A stretch of DNA of 64,000 nucleotides from contig OZ242311.1 of NCBI GenBank assembly GCA_965207885.1, positions 5,216,001 through 5,280,000 of the forward strand, given 5' to 3'. This document shows positions 48,108 to 56,985 of the stretch, piece after piece. The notes beneath the pieces are model-generated. The model made no database searches. It saw nothing but the letters and a program-made list of their open reading frames with translations, and was not told the origin of the DNA. The DNA is from Candidatus Latescibacterota bacterium (lineage in GTDB: Bacteria > Latescibacterota > UBA2968). Position numbers and translations under genes: made by a program. How positions within the stretch are numbered: position 1 is the first letter of the stretch; each line of letters starts with the position of its first letter.

Positions 48108-51100
48108 TTATGACGCACTTGTTTTCTCGACGAGAAACCGCACGGCCTGGCCCTCTATATCAACCGCATCGCCATCCACCGCATCTGCGCGAACCAATGT
48201 CGTACAGAGCGTCTCACCCATGATATAATCCCGAAACTGATCGAAAGCAAGAGCCAGAGAATTGCCATTATCCATATATGTCACTGCAATCCGATCTGAC
48301 ACATCCAGCCCCTTCTCCTTGCGGATATTTTGAATCACATGGACGATTTCGCGCGCCAGACCTTCGCGTACTAAATTTTCATCTCTGTGCAAATCCAGCG
48401 CCACCGTAATATCGCCTTCATTTGCCACAGCCATATCTTCTTTCTCTTCGCGCTGGATCAAAATATCATCCACCGTGAGATCTAAAGACTCCGCACCATC
48501 CAAATCCAATGACAGCGCGTGACCTTCGCGCAAAGATTGGATTTCCTCAAAGCCGAGACCCGCAATCTTCCCCGCGGCCACCTTCATATCTTTTCCCAAA
48601 CGCGGCCCCAGCACTCTGAAATTAGCTTTTGCAGAAAGCGTCACCACTGCCTCTTCATCGTCGCGAATATCCACGCGCTTCACATTTAACTCATCCGCGA
48701 CAATATCCTGTAACGCCCTGAGATCTTCGCGCACATCCTCCTGCATAGACACGAGAATCACCGCACGCAAAGGATGTCGGGTCCTGACATTGGCCTGACT
48801 GCGCAAGAACCTGCCCAACCCGACCGCTGTCCGCGTGTGCGCCATCTGCTGTTCCAGTCTCTCATCCAGATCGGCTTCGATCACATCGGGATAATCGCAC
48901 AAATGCACGGACTCCGGCATATCGCTCGCGCGCAAATTCCGGTAGATAGTCTCCGTGATAAACGGCGCGAAAGGCGCCAGTGCTTTAACCAGCGTCAAAA
49001 GCACGTGGTAGAGCGTCGCATAAGCAGACAATTTATCGCTATCATTATCGCTCTTCCAGAAACGCCGTCGGCTGCGCCGGATATACCAATTGGTCATATC
49101 GTCGATAAATGTTGCAAATCGCGTGGCCGCCGTCTGCAAATGACAGCGATCCAGCCCCTGTCGAATATCGCGCACCAGATGATTTAAACGCGCGCGAATC
49201 CAGCGGTCGAGCGGATGATCTGACCGATCCGACGTGGGCTGCCAGTTATCAACACGCGCATAAGTAACGAGAAAACTATACGCATTCCACAAAGGCAGCA
49301 GCACACTGCGCATCGTCTTTTGAACCCCCTGTTCTGAAAACGCGAGATCTTCGCCGCGCACCACAGGAGAAGACAACATATTGAGACGCAGCGCATCTGC
49401 ACCATACGTATTCATAATATGCATCGGATCGGGATAATTCTTCAAACGCTTGGACATTTTGCGCCCATCTTCCGCCAGGATCATACCATTGACCACCACA
49501 TTCTCGAACGGCGGACGGTCAAAAAGGGCAGCGCCGAGCACCACAAGCGTATAAAACCAGCCCCGCGTCTGATCCAATCCCTCAGCGATAAAATCCGCCG
49601 GGAAATGCGCGTCCAGCCACTCCTTGTTTTCAAACGGATAATGGCGTTGTGCATAGGGCATAGAACCGCTCTCAAACCAGCAATCGAGCACTTCGGGCAC
49701 GCGGGTCAATGGCCCCGTTTCACCCTCAATAATAACCGGATCCATAAAATGCTTGTGGATATCGTCAAACTTGCCACCCGTGCGTTCCTCCAGCTCGCCG
49801 ATAGAGCCAACACACACAGTCTCACCCGTCTCTTCATTTCGCCACAGGGGAAGCGGACAACCCCAATAGCGATTGCGGGAAATCGCCCAATCCCGCGCAT
49901 TTTCCAGCCAATTGCCAAAACGCCCCGCTTTGATGTGTTCGGGCACCCAGTGGATTTGCGCGTTTGCACGGAGCATATTGTCTTTAATCTTCTCAATATT
50001 GACAAACCAGGTCGAAATCGCCCTGTAAATAAGGGGCGACTCACACCGCCAGCAGTGGGGATAACTGTGATGATGTGTAGAGCGGTGAACGAGTTTGCCC
50101 TCTTCCTTTAAGCGATTCACAATATCGCTATCACAGTCCTTGACAAAACGCCCTTCGTAGTCATGTACCTCAGACGTAAAACGACATTCGGCATCAATCG
50201 GACAAACAGACGGAACGCCGTGAACACGACCGGCTTCGGCATCGTCTTCACCAAATCCAGGTGCCGTGTGGACAACACCTGTCCCTTCTTCAGTAGTCAC
50301 AAACTCGGCTGTAATAATGCGGAACGCCCCCTCCGCGCGCAGATCTTCAAAATAGGGAAAAAGCGGTTCGTATTGCAGACCGAGAAGTTCCTTCCCCTTT
50401 ACGGTCCTGACAATCTCGGGTCTTCCCGAGGGATAATAGGTACCCACACGCGCCTCAGCGAGAACGTACGTCACATCCTCATCTTTGACATACACATAAT
50501 CTATATCTTCATGCACAGTCATTGCCAGATTTGACGGCAGTGTCCAGGGCGTTGTCGTCCACGCCAGCAGATATGTATCCGATTCTTCTTTGAGTTTAAA
50601 CGCAACGGTAATAGCCGGGTCCTGCACCATCTCATAACCCTGATTGGCTTCAAAATTGGACAAAGGTGTTGCATCCCGGGGACAGTAAGGCAAAATTTTG
50701 TGTCCCTCGTAGATCAAGCCCTTGTCCCAAAGCTGTTTGAACACCCACCAGATAGACTCCATATAGTCGCGGTCCATCGTGCGATATCCATTTTCAAAAT
50801 CGACCCAGCGCCCGATTCGCTTGACGAATTGTCGCCACTCGGCAGTATAGCGCAAAACAATACCCCGACAGGCCTCATTGTATTCCGCAATCCCGTACTC
50901 TTCAATCTCACTTTTGCTATTCAAGCCCAGTTCCTGACTGAGCTCGTATTCTACGGGCAAACCGTGGCAGTCCCATCCAAAAACGCGATCTACGTATTTG
51001 CCATTCATCGTTTGATAGCGCGGGATCACATCTTTAATCGTCCCGGCCAGCAAGTGTCCGTAATGCGGCAAACCCGTCGCAAAAGGCGGCCCATCGTAAA

Positions 51101-51227
51101 AAACGTATTCGTCGTTATTCTTTCGGATCTCGAGCGATTTTTCAAATGCCCTGATCTCATCCCAAAAAGCGAGCACCTTTTCTTCCTCTTTGGGAAAATT
51201 CACATTTGTATCTACTTTCTCAAACAT
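48108..51227 (-). CDS. ileS: Isoleucine--tRNA ligase, type 2
   Basis: DGPPFATGLPHYGH, GWDCHGLP, ISRNRYWG, EGLDQTRGWFY, KMSKR; no C-terminal Zn finger. Confidence 0.97.
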   Translation of the reverse strand: MFEKVDTNVNFPKEEEKVLAFWDEIRAFEKSLEIRKNNDEYVFYDGPPFATGLPHYGHLLAGTIKDVIPRYQTMNGKYVDRVFGWDCHGLPVEYELSQELGLNSKSEIEEYGIAEYNEACRGIVLRYTAEWRQFVKRIGRWVDFENGYRTMDRDYMESIWWVFKQLWDKGLIYEGHKILPYCPRDATPLSNFEANQGYEMVQDPAITVAFKLKEESDTYLLAWTTTPWTLPSNLAMTVHEDIDYVYVKDEDVTYVLAEARVGTYYPSGRPEIVRTVKGKELLGLQYEPLFPYFEDLRAEGAFRIITAEFVTTEEGTGVVHTAPGFGEDDAEAGRVHGVPSVCPIDAECRFTSEVHDYEGRFVKDCDSDIVNRLKEEGKLVHRSTHHHSYPHCWRCESPLIYRAISTWFVNIEKIKDNMLRANAQIHWVPEHIKAGRFGNWLENARDWAISRNRYWGCPLPLWRNEETGETVCVGSIGELEERTGGKFDDIHKHFMDPVIIEGETGPLTRVPEVLDCWFESGSMPYAQRHYPFENKEWLDAHFPADFIAEGLDQTRGWFYTLVVLGAALFDRPPFENVVVNGMILAEDGRKMSKRLKNYPDPMHIMNTYGADALRLNMLSSPVVRGEDLAFSEQGVQKTMRSVLLPLWNAYSFLVTYARVDNWQPTSDRSDHPLDRWIRARLNHLVRDIRQGLDRCHLQTAATRFATFIDDMTNWYIRRSRRRFWKSDNDSDKLSAYATLYHVLLTLVKALAPFAPFITETIYRNLRASDMPESVHLCDYPDVIEADLDERLEQQMAHTRTAVGLGRFLRSQANVRTRHPLRAVILVSMQEDVREDLRALQDIVADELNVKRVDIRDDEEAVVTLSAKANFRVLGPRLGKDMKVAAGKIAGLGFEEIQSLREGHALSLDLDGAESLDLTVDDILIQREEKEDMAVANEGDITVALDLHRDENLVREGLAREIVHVIQNIRKEKGLDVSDRIAVTYMDNGNSLALAFDQFRDYIMGETLCTTLVRADAVDGDAVDIEGQAVRFLVEKTSAS

Positions 51228-51354
51228 TAAAAACTCCTATCAGGATCAGAATGGGCAGAGCCTGCACTGGAATGCCTCTATCCAGTGATGGAAGGATGAA
51301 CAGGATACCCCCAACCCCACCCATCTGGTTAAATGCCGCCCCAAATTGCTGCAC

Positions 51355-51387
51355 AAAAAAACCGCCACGGCAAACGCCCCTGGCGGT
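51355..51387 (-). terminator. Attenuator terminator in the ileS leader
   Basis: ACCGCCA...TGGCGGT stem followed by a U-tract, about 127 nt before the ileS start. Confidence 0.85.
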
Positions 51388-51410
51388 GTGTCATACAAAA
51401 AGTATATAGC

Positions 51411-51548
51411 TTAAGACAAACAACACCCCACAAGCGTCTCCGCGGCATATATACGTATAACCCCAATGGCACTGCCCGGTGTCAGATAACCTGTCACCTG
51501 GGCAGGACCCTTTCTCAGTTGTGGGGATGTTTGACGGGTTGTATTCAT
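51411..51548 (-). CDS. Putative ileS leader peptide (45 aa)
   Basis: MNTTRQTSPQLRKGPAQVTGYLTPGSAIGVIRIYAAETLVGCCLS*; all three Ile codons (ATT, ATA, ATA) within six codons; purine-rich RBS. Confidence 0.65.
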   Translation of the reverse strand: MNTTRQTSPQLRKGPAQVTGYLTPGSAIGVIRIYAAETLVGCCLS

Positions 51549-51578
51549 ATTTTCATCCTTTTCCTATCAGTGCGGTTA

Positions 51579-51607
51579 AAAATAGAAGTTTTGGTATTTT
51601 ATGTCAA
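51579..51607 (-). promoter_or_regulatory. Sigma70-type promoter of the ileS leader
   Basis: TTGACA-17 bp-TATTTT. Confidence 0.65.
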
Positions 51608-51615
51608 GCACTCAT

Positions 51616-52878
51616 CTACAAATCAGCAACTTCCTCTGAAACCCGTAGTCGCCGCCCCCTATCATCCTCCGATCTTGTAATTGCCCACGCGATCCAGCTC
51701 CATACACCCAACGCGCCCAATGCGACAAGCGGATATACTGATCCCGGTAACCGCCCAATATTGAAAACCCTGTAAGAAATGGTCCCCGCCAGTGCAATCA
51801 ATCCCGAAGTCATCCCCTTTGATGCGCGATAACCAAACGCATCGATCACTTCTTTTGCCCGGTACCTCGCATCAAACGAAAGCGGAATATAGAGCAACTC
51901 TTTTGCCGCACGAAACACCGAATAATCCAGCGTCTTAAACACCAGATAAGCCAACGCACCAGTAGTCAGAGTTGGATATACCAACAACACCCCACACGTT
52001 ATCAGATGAACCACCGGAATACCGAGATGGGCGGTTCGCAACGACACAAAATGCAGCAACAGGGGTGCAACACCAAACTGAAACACAAATGCACAGGCAT
52101 TCAACAACGCATAAAAATACCCCAAATAAGCGGTGCGTTCATCCTGTATCGGCAAAGCCGTCTCCACCAGCCCACTGAACCTCAAATCCAGCACCGCCGA
52201 CACCATCTGCGTCACAAAAATCAAGCCTGCGAGATAGCGCAAAGTTGGAATATCCCGAAACAAACCCAATGCCAGCTTGCCCCGCTTTTCTGGCTCCTGA
52301 ACTGGCACACCCCCCAGACCATAAGCCCACCACGCCAGAACGGCTGCTGGCAAAAGCGATAACCCTGCAAAAATCAACAGGTGTTCACTGCCTATCACCT
52401 TCGCCGTTTGCCCGACAATCAACCCCCCACAAATCGCACCCACCGACGCAATACCACAGATCGGACCATTGTACTTTCGCCCCTGATCATCTCGCAAGAC
52501 GCTATTGATAAACGACCAGTACTGTTCAATAATCAGCACAATATACGCTTCGCGCAGCACATATAACACCCCGACCGCCGGATGAAAACCAGATAAAATC
52601 CCCCCATAACACGCCAGAATACCCCCACCCGAAAGCACCGACGTCAAAAACAAAGTCTGCCGCGACCCAAACCGCGACAACAACACCCCATATCCCCAAA
52701 CCATACCGAACGTACCCAGAGGCGCCAGCGTCATAACAAAAGGCAAATTGTGCGCCCCATACGCCCCAATAAACAACGACGTGGATACACTCCGCACAAA
52801 CTCATATCCACACAACAAAAAGCCCGCTGCAAATCCGACCATCAACGCACCGGCAACAGGTCGCCTATCTATCGCCAT
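51616..52878 (-). CDS. NTT/TLC-like nucleotide carrier (ATP/ADP translocase family)
   Basis: About 12 TM; QYWSFIN, DYSVFRAAKELLYIPL, RYRAKEVID..GYR.SKG; ATG after GGAG. Confidence 0.75.
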   Translation of the reverse strand: MAIDRRPVAGALMVGFAAGFLLCGYEFVRSVSTSLFIGAYGAHNLPFVMTLAPLGTFGMVWGYGVLLSRFGSRQTLFLTSVLSGGGILACYGGILSGFHPAVGVLYVLREAYIVLIIEQYWSFINSVLRDDQGRKYNGPICGIASVGAICGGLIVGQTAKVIGSEHLLIFAGLSLLPAAVLAWWAYGLGGVPVQEPEKRGKLALGLFRDIPTLRYLAGLIFVTQMVSAVLDLRFSGLVETALPIQDERTAYLGYFYALLNACAFVFQFGVAPLLLHFVSLRTAHLGIPVVHLITCGVLLVYPTLTTGALAYLVFKTLDYSVFRAAKELLYIPLSFDARYRAKEVIDAFGYRASKGMTSGLIALAGTISYRVFNIGRLPGSVYPLVALGALGVWSWIAWAITRSEDDRGRRLRVSEEVADL

Positions 52879-52901
52879 TATTTTTCTCCGCACACTTTAT
52901 C

Positions 52902-55085
52902 TCAATACCACTTCCACCCTAAATCATAAACCAGACCGAGTGTCAGATTCCACCGATTGGCAATACCATCAACAGGCGTATTGCGAATTTTATTGACACG
53001 ATACAAAAAATTGTTCTGCTGTACAGACAAACTCAACTCGCCAACCAATGGAAAAGCGAGCGAATTATAATTCTCTAAAGACACCACATGCCGATCTGTA
53101 AACCCCGTAAAACTGCGCACCCGCGAGCGAAACTTTCCGCTGCCCAATGATCGCCGATAGTCCAAATACACTTCCGCTCCTATGTCATTTGCGTCAACCG
53201 CCAGATCGCGCTGTGCGCGGGCACCCAACCTGACGGTCAAGGTCCGCCCAAAACGCCGTTGAAAACCAGCACTACCGCGCAGAAGCCTGGGCCGCTGTCC
53301 CTCGACTTCGCGCAATGCGGTGCTATATCCCGCCAAAACAAAAGGATCAGCCACAGATTGCGTGCGATAGCGATATATCAAATCCGTTTCCAATTGATCT
53401 TCTGAACGCGTTAAATTGTCAAACGCCGTTCCAACTTGCCCAATCACCAGACTCTGATCAAGAGTAAGTAATTGTTTTCCCATATCTCTTACAACCATCA
53501 AATTCATCGCCGTATTCCAGGCCAGACTGGTCTTACCACTGAGAAATGACACGCGTTCTTTCTGCGCGCGATATGCAAGTGTTGTACCATCGATATAGTT
53601 GCGATTAAACGCGCCCTTGACAGTCCAATTCATGTGCCAAATTCCATTTGATCTCAGAGTGGCAAACTCGCGGGGAGCCAGCACAACCTGCGTATCTCGC
53701 AGTGCATAAACGACCATTTGGCGGAGCGGCATACCCGTAAACACAACATCTTTCCCTTTGCGAAACTCGCCATATCCATCGCCGCCATTCGCCAAAAATT
53801 CGACGACTACAACGCGATACAATTCGTTCTTTTGAATGGGACGTCCATTAATTGTATTTTTTCCCAAACCAGAAAAAATCAACCGCATTTCTTCTCGTGG
53901 CGCATTTTGGCTGCGTCGGAAAATGCTCAAAAGTTGCGCACCCGTCAGTCTCATCTTCACCAGACGGTCATCAAAAGGAATCAAATGATCGATATGGCCC
54001 ACTTTGAGCACGCGATTTGAAGGCACAAGCCCCAATCCTCCCCGATTGATAATACCCACCTCGCTATCCAAATATCGGCGCATCAGCCCCGTGACAGTAC
54101 GCCCTTGATCCCGATATGTCTTACCCGCAATCCGACCTATCCTCTGATTCGCGACCAGTTCGTATCTTTGCCTGAGATCGTTGACCAGCCGCTCTATCTC
54201 TGGGTCACGCTCCACAGAGCGACTCACTGGAATCTGCTCTGCCGAAACATCCACCACCTTCATATTGCCCTGAGTATCCGGCGAAAGGTGTAGCTCAACG
54301 CGACCAACAGACATCCCATTGCTCGGCGTGACGACCAGTGCCAGACCATTCACCAGACGGATCAGACTCGGCACCTGTAAACCGCGATCCAGATCGCTAA
54401 ATCCACCAGCGACAATCAGATCAACGCCCTCAACCTCGCGGGCAAAATTCAATGCACTCGTTTCATCCATATGCGCCAATACAATAACGCACTGCGCCTT
54501 TTTCTCGCGCAACACAACTGCCAATGAATCCACAACTTTGACGGGATCGCCAACCCTCAGACCCGACAGATGCCCCGGGTCAATTTTTTGTGCGACTTCT
54601 GGACCCAACACGCCGATAATCCCCACCTGAACACCGCCAGCCTTTACCATGGTATAACCCGGCAAAGGAGGCATTCCGCCATCTCTTCGCACGAGATTCG
54701 CCGCCAGCATTGGAAAATCAATTTCTTTTTGTCGCGCCTCCAAAATACCCCACCCCAAAGACAAATCGTGATTTCCCACCACCATAGCGGCATAATTCGC
54801 GCGATTCATCGCCGCACACATCGTTGCGCCCGCATCAAACCGCGACATCGCATTGGGTCCCAGAGCATCCCCCGCATCCAGAACAATCGCTGGCTCAGAA
54901 GTCTGCAATTTGCGAATCAACCCCACGCGCGCAGCCATCCCCCCGCGATCTCCTCGCCGCGTCAGTTGCCCAGACACATCGTTGCTGTGAATCACCGTAA
55001 GCCGTATATCTTCTGCACCCAAAGAAGAAGCGAACAAAAAACAAGCGAGGACGCAATAGATTCCCCACTGCTGCACCACGCTCAT
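52902..55085 (-). CDS. Degenerate 5'-nucleotidase (metallophosphoesterase + 5'-NT C domain) fused to a C-terminal beta-barrel
   Basis: HSND, DAGD, GNHD, AANL, INRGG, FLANGGDGY, then about 240 aa of amphipathic strands ending LGWKWY. Confidence 0.8.
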   Translation of the reverse strand: MSVVQQWGIYCVLACFLFASSLGAEDIRLTVIHSNDVSGQLTRRGDRGGMAARVGLIRKLQTSEPAIVLDAGDALGPNAMSRFDAGATMCAAMNRANYAAMVVGNHDLSLGWGILEARQKEIDFPMLAANLVRRDGGMPPLPGYTMVKAGGVQVGIIGVLGPEVAQKIDPGHLSGLRVGDPVKVVDSLAVVLREKKAQCVIVLAHMDETSALNFAREVEGVDLIVAGGFSDLDRGLQVPSLIRLVNGLALVVTPSNGMSVGRVELHLSPDTQGNMKVVDVSAEQIPVSRSVERDPEIERLVNDLRQRYELVANQRIGRIAGKTYRDQGRTVTGLMRRYLDSEVGIINRGGLGLVPSNRVLKVGHIDHLIPFDDRLVKMRLTGAQLLSIFRRSQNAPREEMRLIFSGLGKNTINGRPIQKNELYRVVVVEFLANGGDGYGEFRKGKDVVFTGMPLRQMVVYALRDTQVVLAPREFATLRSNGIWHMNWTVKGAFNRNYIDGTTLAYRAQKERVSFLSGKTSLAWNTAMNLMVVRDMGKQLLTLDQSLVIGQVGTAFDNLTRSEDQLETDLIYRYRTQSVADPFVLAGYSTALREVEGQRPRLLRGSAGFQRRFGRTLTVRLGARAQRDLAVDANDIGAEVYLDYRRSLGSGKFRSRVRSFTGFTDRHVVSLENYNSLAFPLVGELSLSVQQNNFLYRVNKIRNTPVDGIANRWNLTLGLVYDLGWKWY

Positions 55086-55168
55086 GCGTCCTCCTTTGCC
55101 AGGGACTTCAGTGCCAACTCATCCAACGCGATGTCTTTAACCCAGCCGGTATTGATATCGTAAGCCAT
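55082..55168 (-). pseudogene. 28-codon ORF or 3' gene remnant coupled to the nucleotidase gene
   Basis: MAYDINTGWVKDIALDELALKSLAKEDA*; ATGA overlap; carries the AGGAGG RBS of the next gene. Confidence 0.35.
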
Positions 55169-55198
55169 CGAAAGTGGAATGCGAATTACGTGATCATG

Positions 55199-55229
55199 CG
55201 ACATAATGTCTCATAGCGACATTATGCCG
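55199..55229. promoter_or_regulatory. Pair of enhancer-like palindromes
   Basis: CGACATAATGTC and CGACATTATGCCG 18 bp apart; same motif as 56787-56831. Confidence 0.5.
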
Positions 55230-55273
55230 TGAATAACGAATAAGACGATGTGCAAACGGACAATAATGATGGT

Positions 55274-56686
55274 TCAGATTTTCTGAGGAGTAACGCCGTA
55301 CTCTGTGATTTTCCGCTGTAGCGTTCGCACACTGATACCCAAAATTTCGGCACTCTGAGTGCGGTTGCCGCCGGTATGCCTGAGCGTATCCAAAATCATC
55401 TTCCTTTCTGCTTCGTCCAGCCTTCTCGGCACGAAATCCGATTTCTGAGATTCTGCATCTTCGGGGGAAGCGATTCTATCATCAATTGGCAAAATGGACT
55501 CGATATCTTTCTCTCCAATTGCCCTGTTTCCGTCTGCGGCATAGATCACCAGACGCTCCACCATGTTTTTTAGTTCCCTGACATTTCCCGGCCAGTCGTA
55601 TTCAGCCATACGGTCGAGACACCGATCCGCTATTTCGACGGGAGCGATCCCGTTCTGATCTGCAAAACGCTCGGCAAAAACCCGCACCAGCAGAGGGATA
55701 TCCGACTTCCGGGCTCTAAGGGGAGGAACGGGAATATGAATGACGTTGAGGCGGTAGTACAGGTCTTCCCTGAATCGTCCCATTTTGACAGCCGTCGTCA
55801 GATTCATATTCGAGGCCGCGACGACGCGCACGTTGATATCGATCAATTGGCTCGCTCCTACATGTCGGACTTTCTGTTCCTCAAGCACGCGCAATAATTT
55901 CGTCTGCACCTGCATATCTAAGTCCCCTATTTCGTCGAGGAAGAGGGTCCCCCCCTGAGCTGCTTCAAAAAGCCCCTGTCGGTCCTGTGTCGCCCCGGTA
56001 AAAGAACCTTTCTCATGTCCAAATAACTCACTATCAGCCAATCCCACCGGCAGAGCCGAGCAGTTGATGGCAACAAACGGCCCATTGCTCACGGCACTGA
56101 GTGAGTGAATAGCACTTGCTACCAACTCTTTTCCAGTACCGCTTTCGCCCGTAATCAAAACCGTCGATTTGAACGGTGCCGCACGGCGGATCTGATTAAA
56201 CACCACCTCCATCGCATTAGAGGTCCCCAGCAATTCGCCGAATTCCGTCCTCGCCTCCACCCGTTTATCTGAAACGTGGTCAAATACCCGCTTGCGTTCA
56301 AGCGCACGATGTACGGCAGTCAGCAGATCGTTGGCATCAACCGGTTTGACCACATAATCAACGGCACCCAGCCGCATGGCCTGTACCGCTTGTTTTACAG
56401 TCGCATAAGAGGTGAAGATAACTACCGGCAGCGGTGGCGTCAGTGTGATAGCGATGTTCAGCAACTGCATACCACCCGACATGTTGATATCTATGATCGC
56501 CACATCCAGAGACTGCGTTTTGAGCAACTGCTCCGCGATGGTGCCATCAGTTGCTCCGACAACTTCATCACAACCGTTCTCTCGCAGGATTTTGGTCACA
56601 TTTGCCAGATTTTTCGGGTTGCTATCGGCAACAAACACGCTGCCAGGAAAAGGCGTATAAGCGATTGGACTGGAAGATGCCTGCAT
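55274..56686 (-). CDS. Sigma54-dependent response regulator (REC-AAA+-Fis HTH, NtrC family)
   Basis: GESGTGKE, SELFGHEKGSFTGA, FLDEIG, FREDLYYRL, WPGNVREL, HTH. Confidence 0.95.
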   Translation of the reverse strand: MQASSSPIAYTPFPGSVFVADSNPKNLANVTKILRENGCDEVVGATDGTIAEQLLKTQSLDVAIIDINMSGGMQLLNIAITLTPPLPVVIFTSYATVKQAVQAMRLGAVDYVVKPVDANDLLTAVHRALERKRVFDHVSDKRVEARTEFGELLGTSNAMEVVFNQIRRAAPFKSTVLITGESGTGKELVASAIHSLSAVSNGPFVAINCSALPVGLADSELFGHEKGSFTGATQDRQGLFEAAQGGTLFLDEIGDLDMQVQTKLLRVLEEQKVRHVGASQLIDINVRVVAASNMNLTTAVKMGRFREDLYYRLNVIHIPVPPLRARKSDIPLLVRVFAERFADQNGIAPVEIADRCLDRMAEYDWPGNVRELKNMVERLVIYAADGNRAIGEKDIESILPIDDRIASPEDAESQKSDFVPRRLDEAERKMILDTLRHTGGNRTQSAEILGISVRTLQRKITEYGVTPQKI

Positions 56687-56786
56687 CGGTGGTATAAACC
56701 TCTATCAAAATTGAAATTATTTAAGCGAAATCAAATAAAGTTACATCATTACTATGTGGAATACAACCTGTTCATGTTATGCACTA

Positions 56787-56838
56787 CGTCAAAATGACTG
56801 GTAACGACAAAATGTCGTAGTCACAATGTCGTAGTCAC
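56787..56838. promoter_or_regulatory. Candidate upstream activator sequences
   Basis: GTCAAAATGAC, CGACAAAATGTCG, GTCACAATGTCG, 80-130 bp upstream of the sigma54 site; includes a 14-bp tandem duplication. Confidence 0.6.
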
Positions 56839-56914
56839 GACTCCGATTGTCAAGCTCCGGTCCCGATATCGTACAACACGATGTAATAATCACCAAATTG
56901 GACGACTCTAAGAG

Positions 56915-56930
56915 TGGCACGGGATTTGCT
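56915..56930 (+). promoter_or_regulatory. Sigma54 (-24/-12) promoter
   Basis: TGGCAC-GGGAT-TTGCT, consensus TGGCAC-N5-TTGCW. Confidence 0.85.
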
Positions 56931-56985
56931 CTTATTTTGCCTGACAGCAAAAAAAGTATCATTCAATATGGAGAAAGGAATTGCC

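Noticed and set aside
51411-51535. 6S RNA or T-box reading of the long hairpin upstream of ileS
   Set aside because: Too short for 6S, no UGGNACC T-box bulge seen; the leader-peptide model explains all pairings
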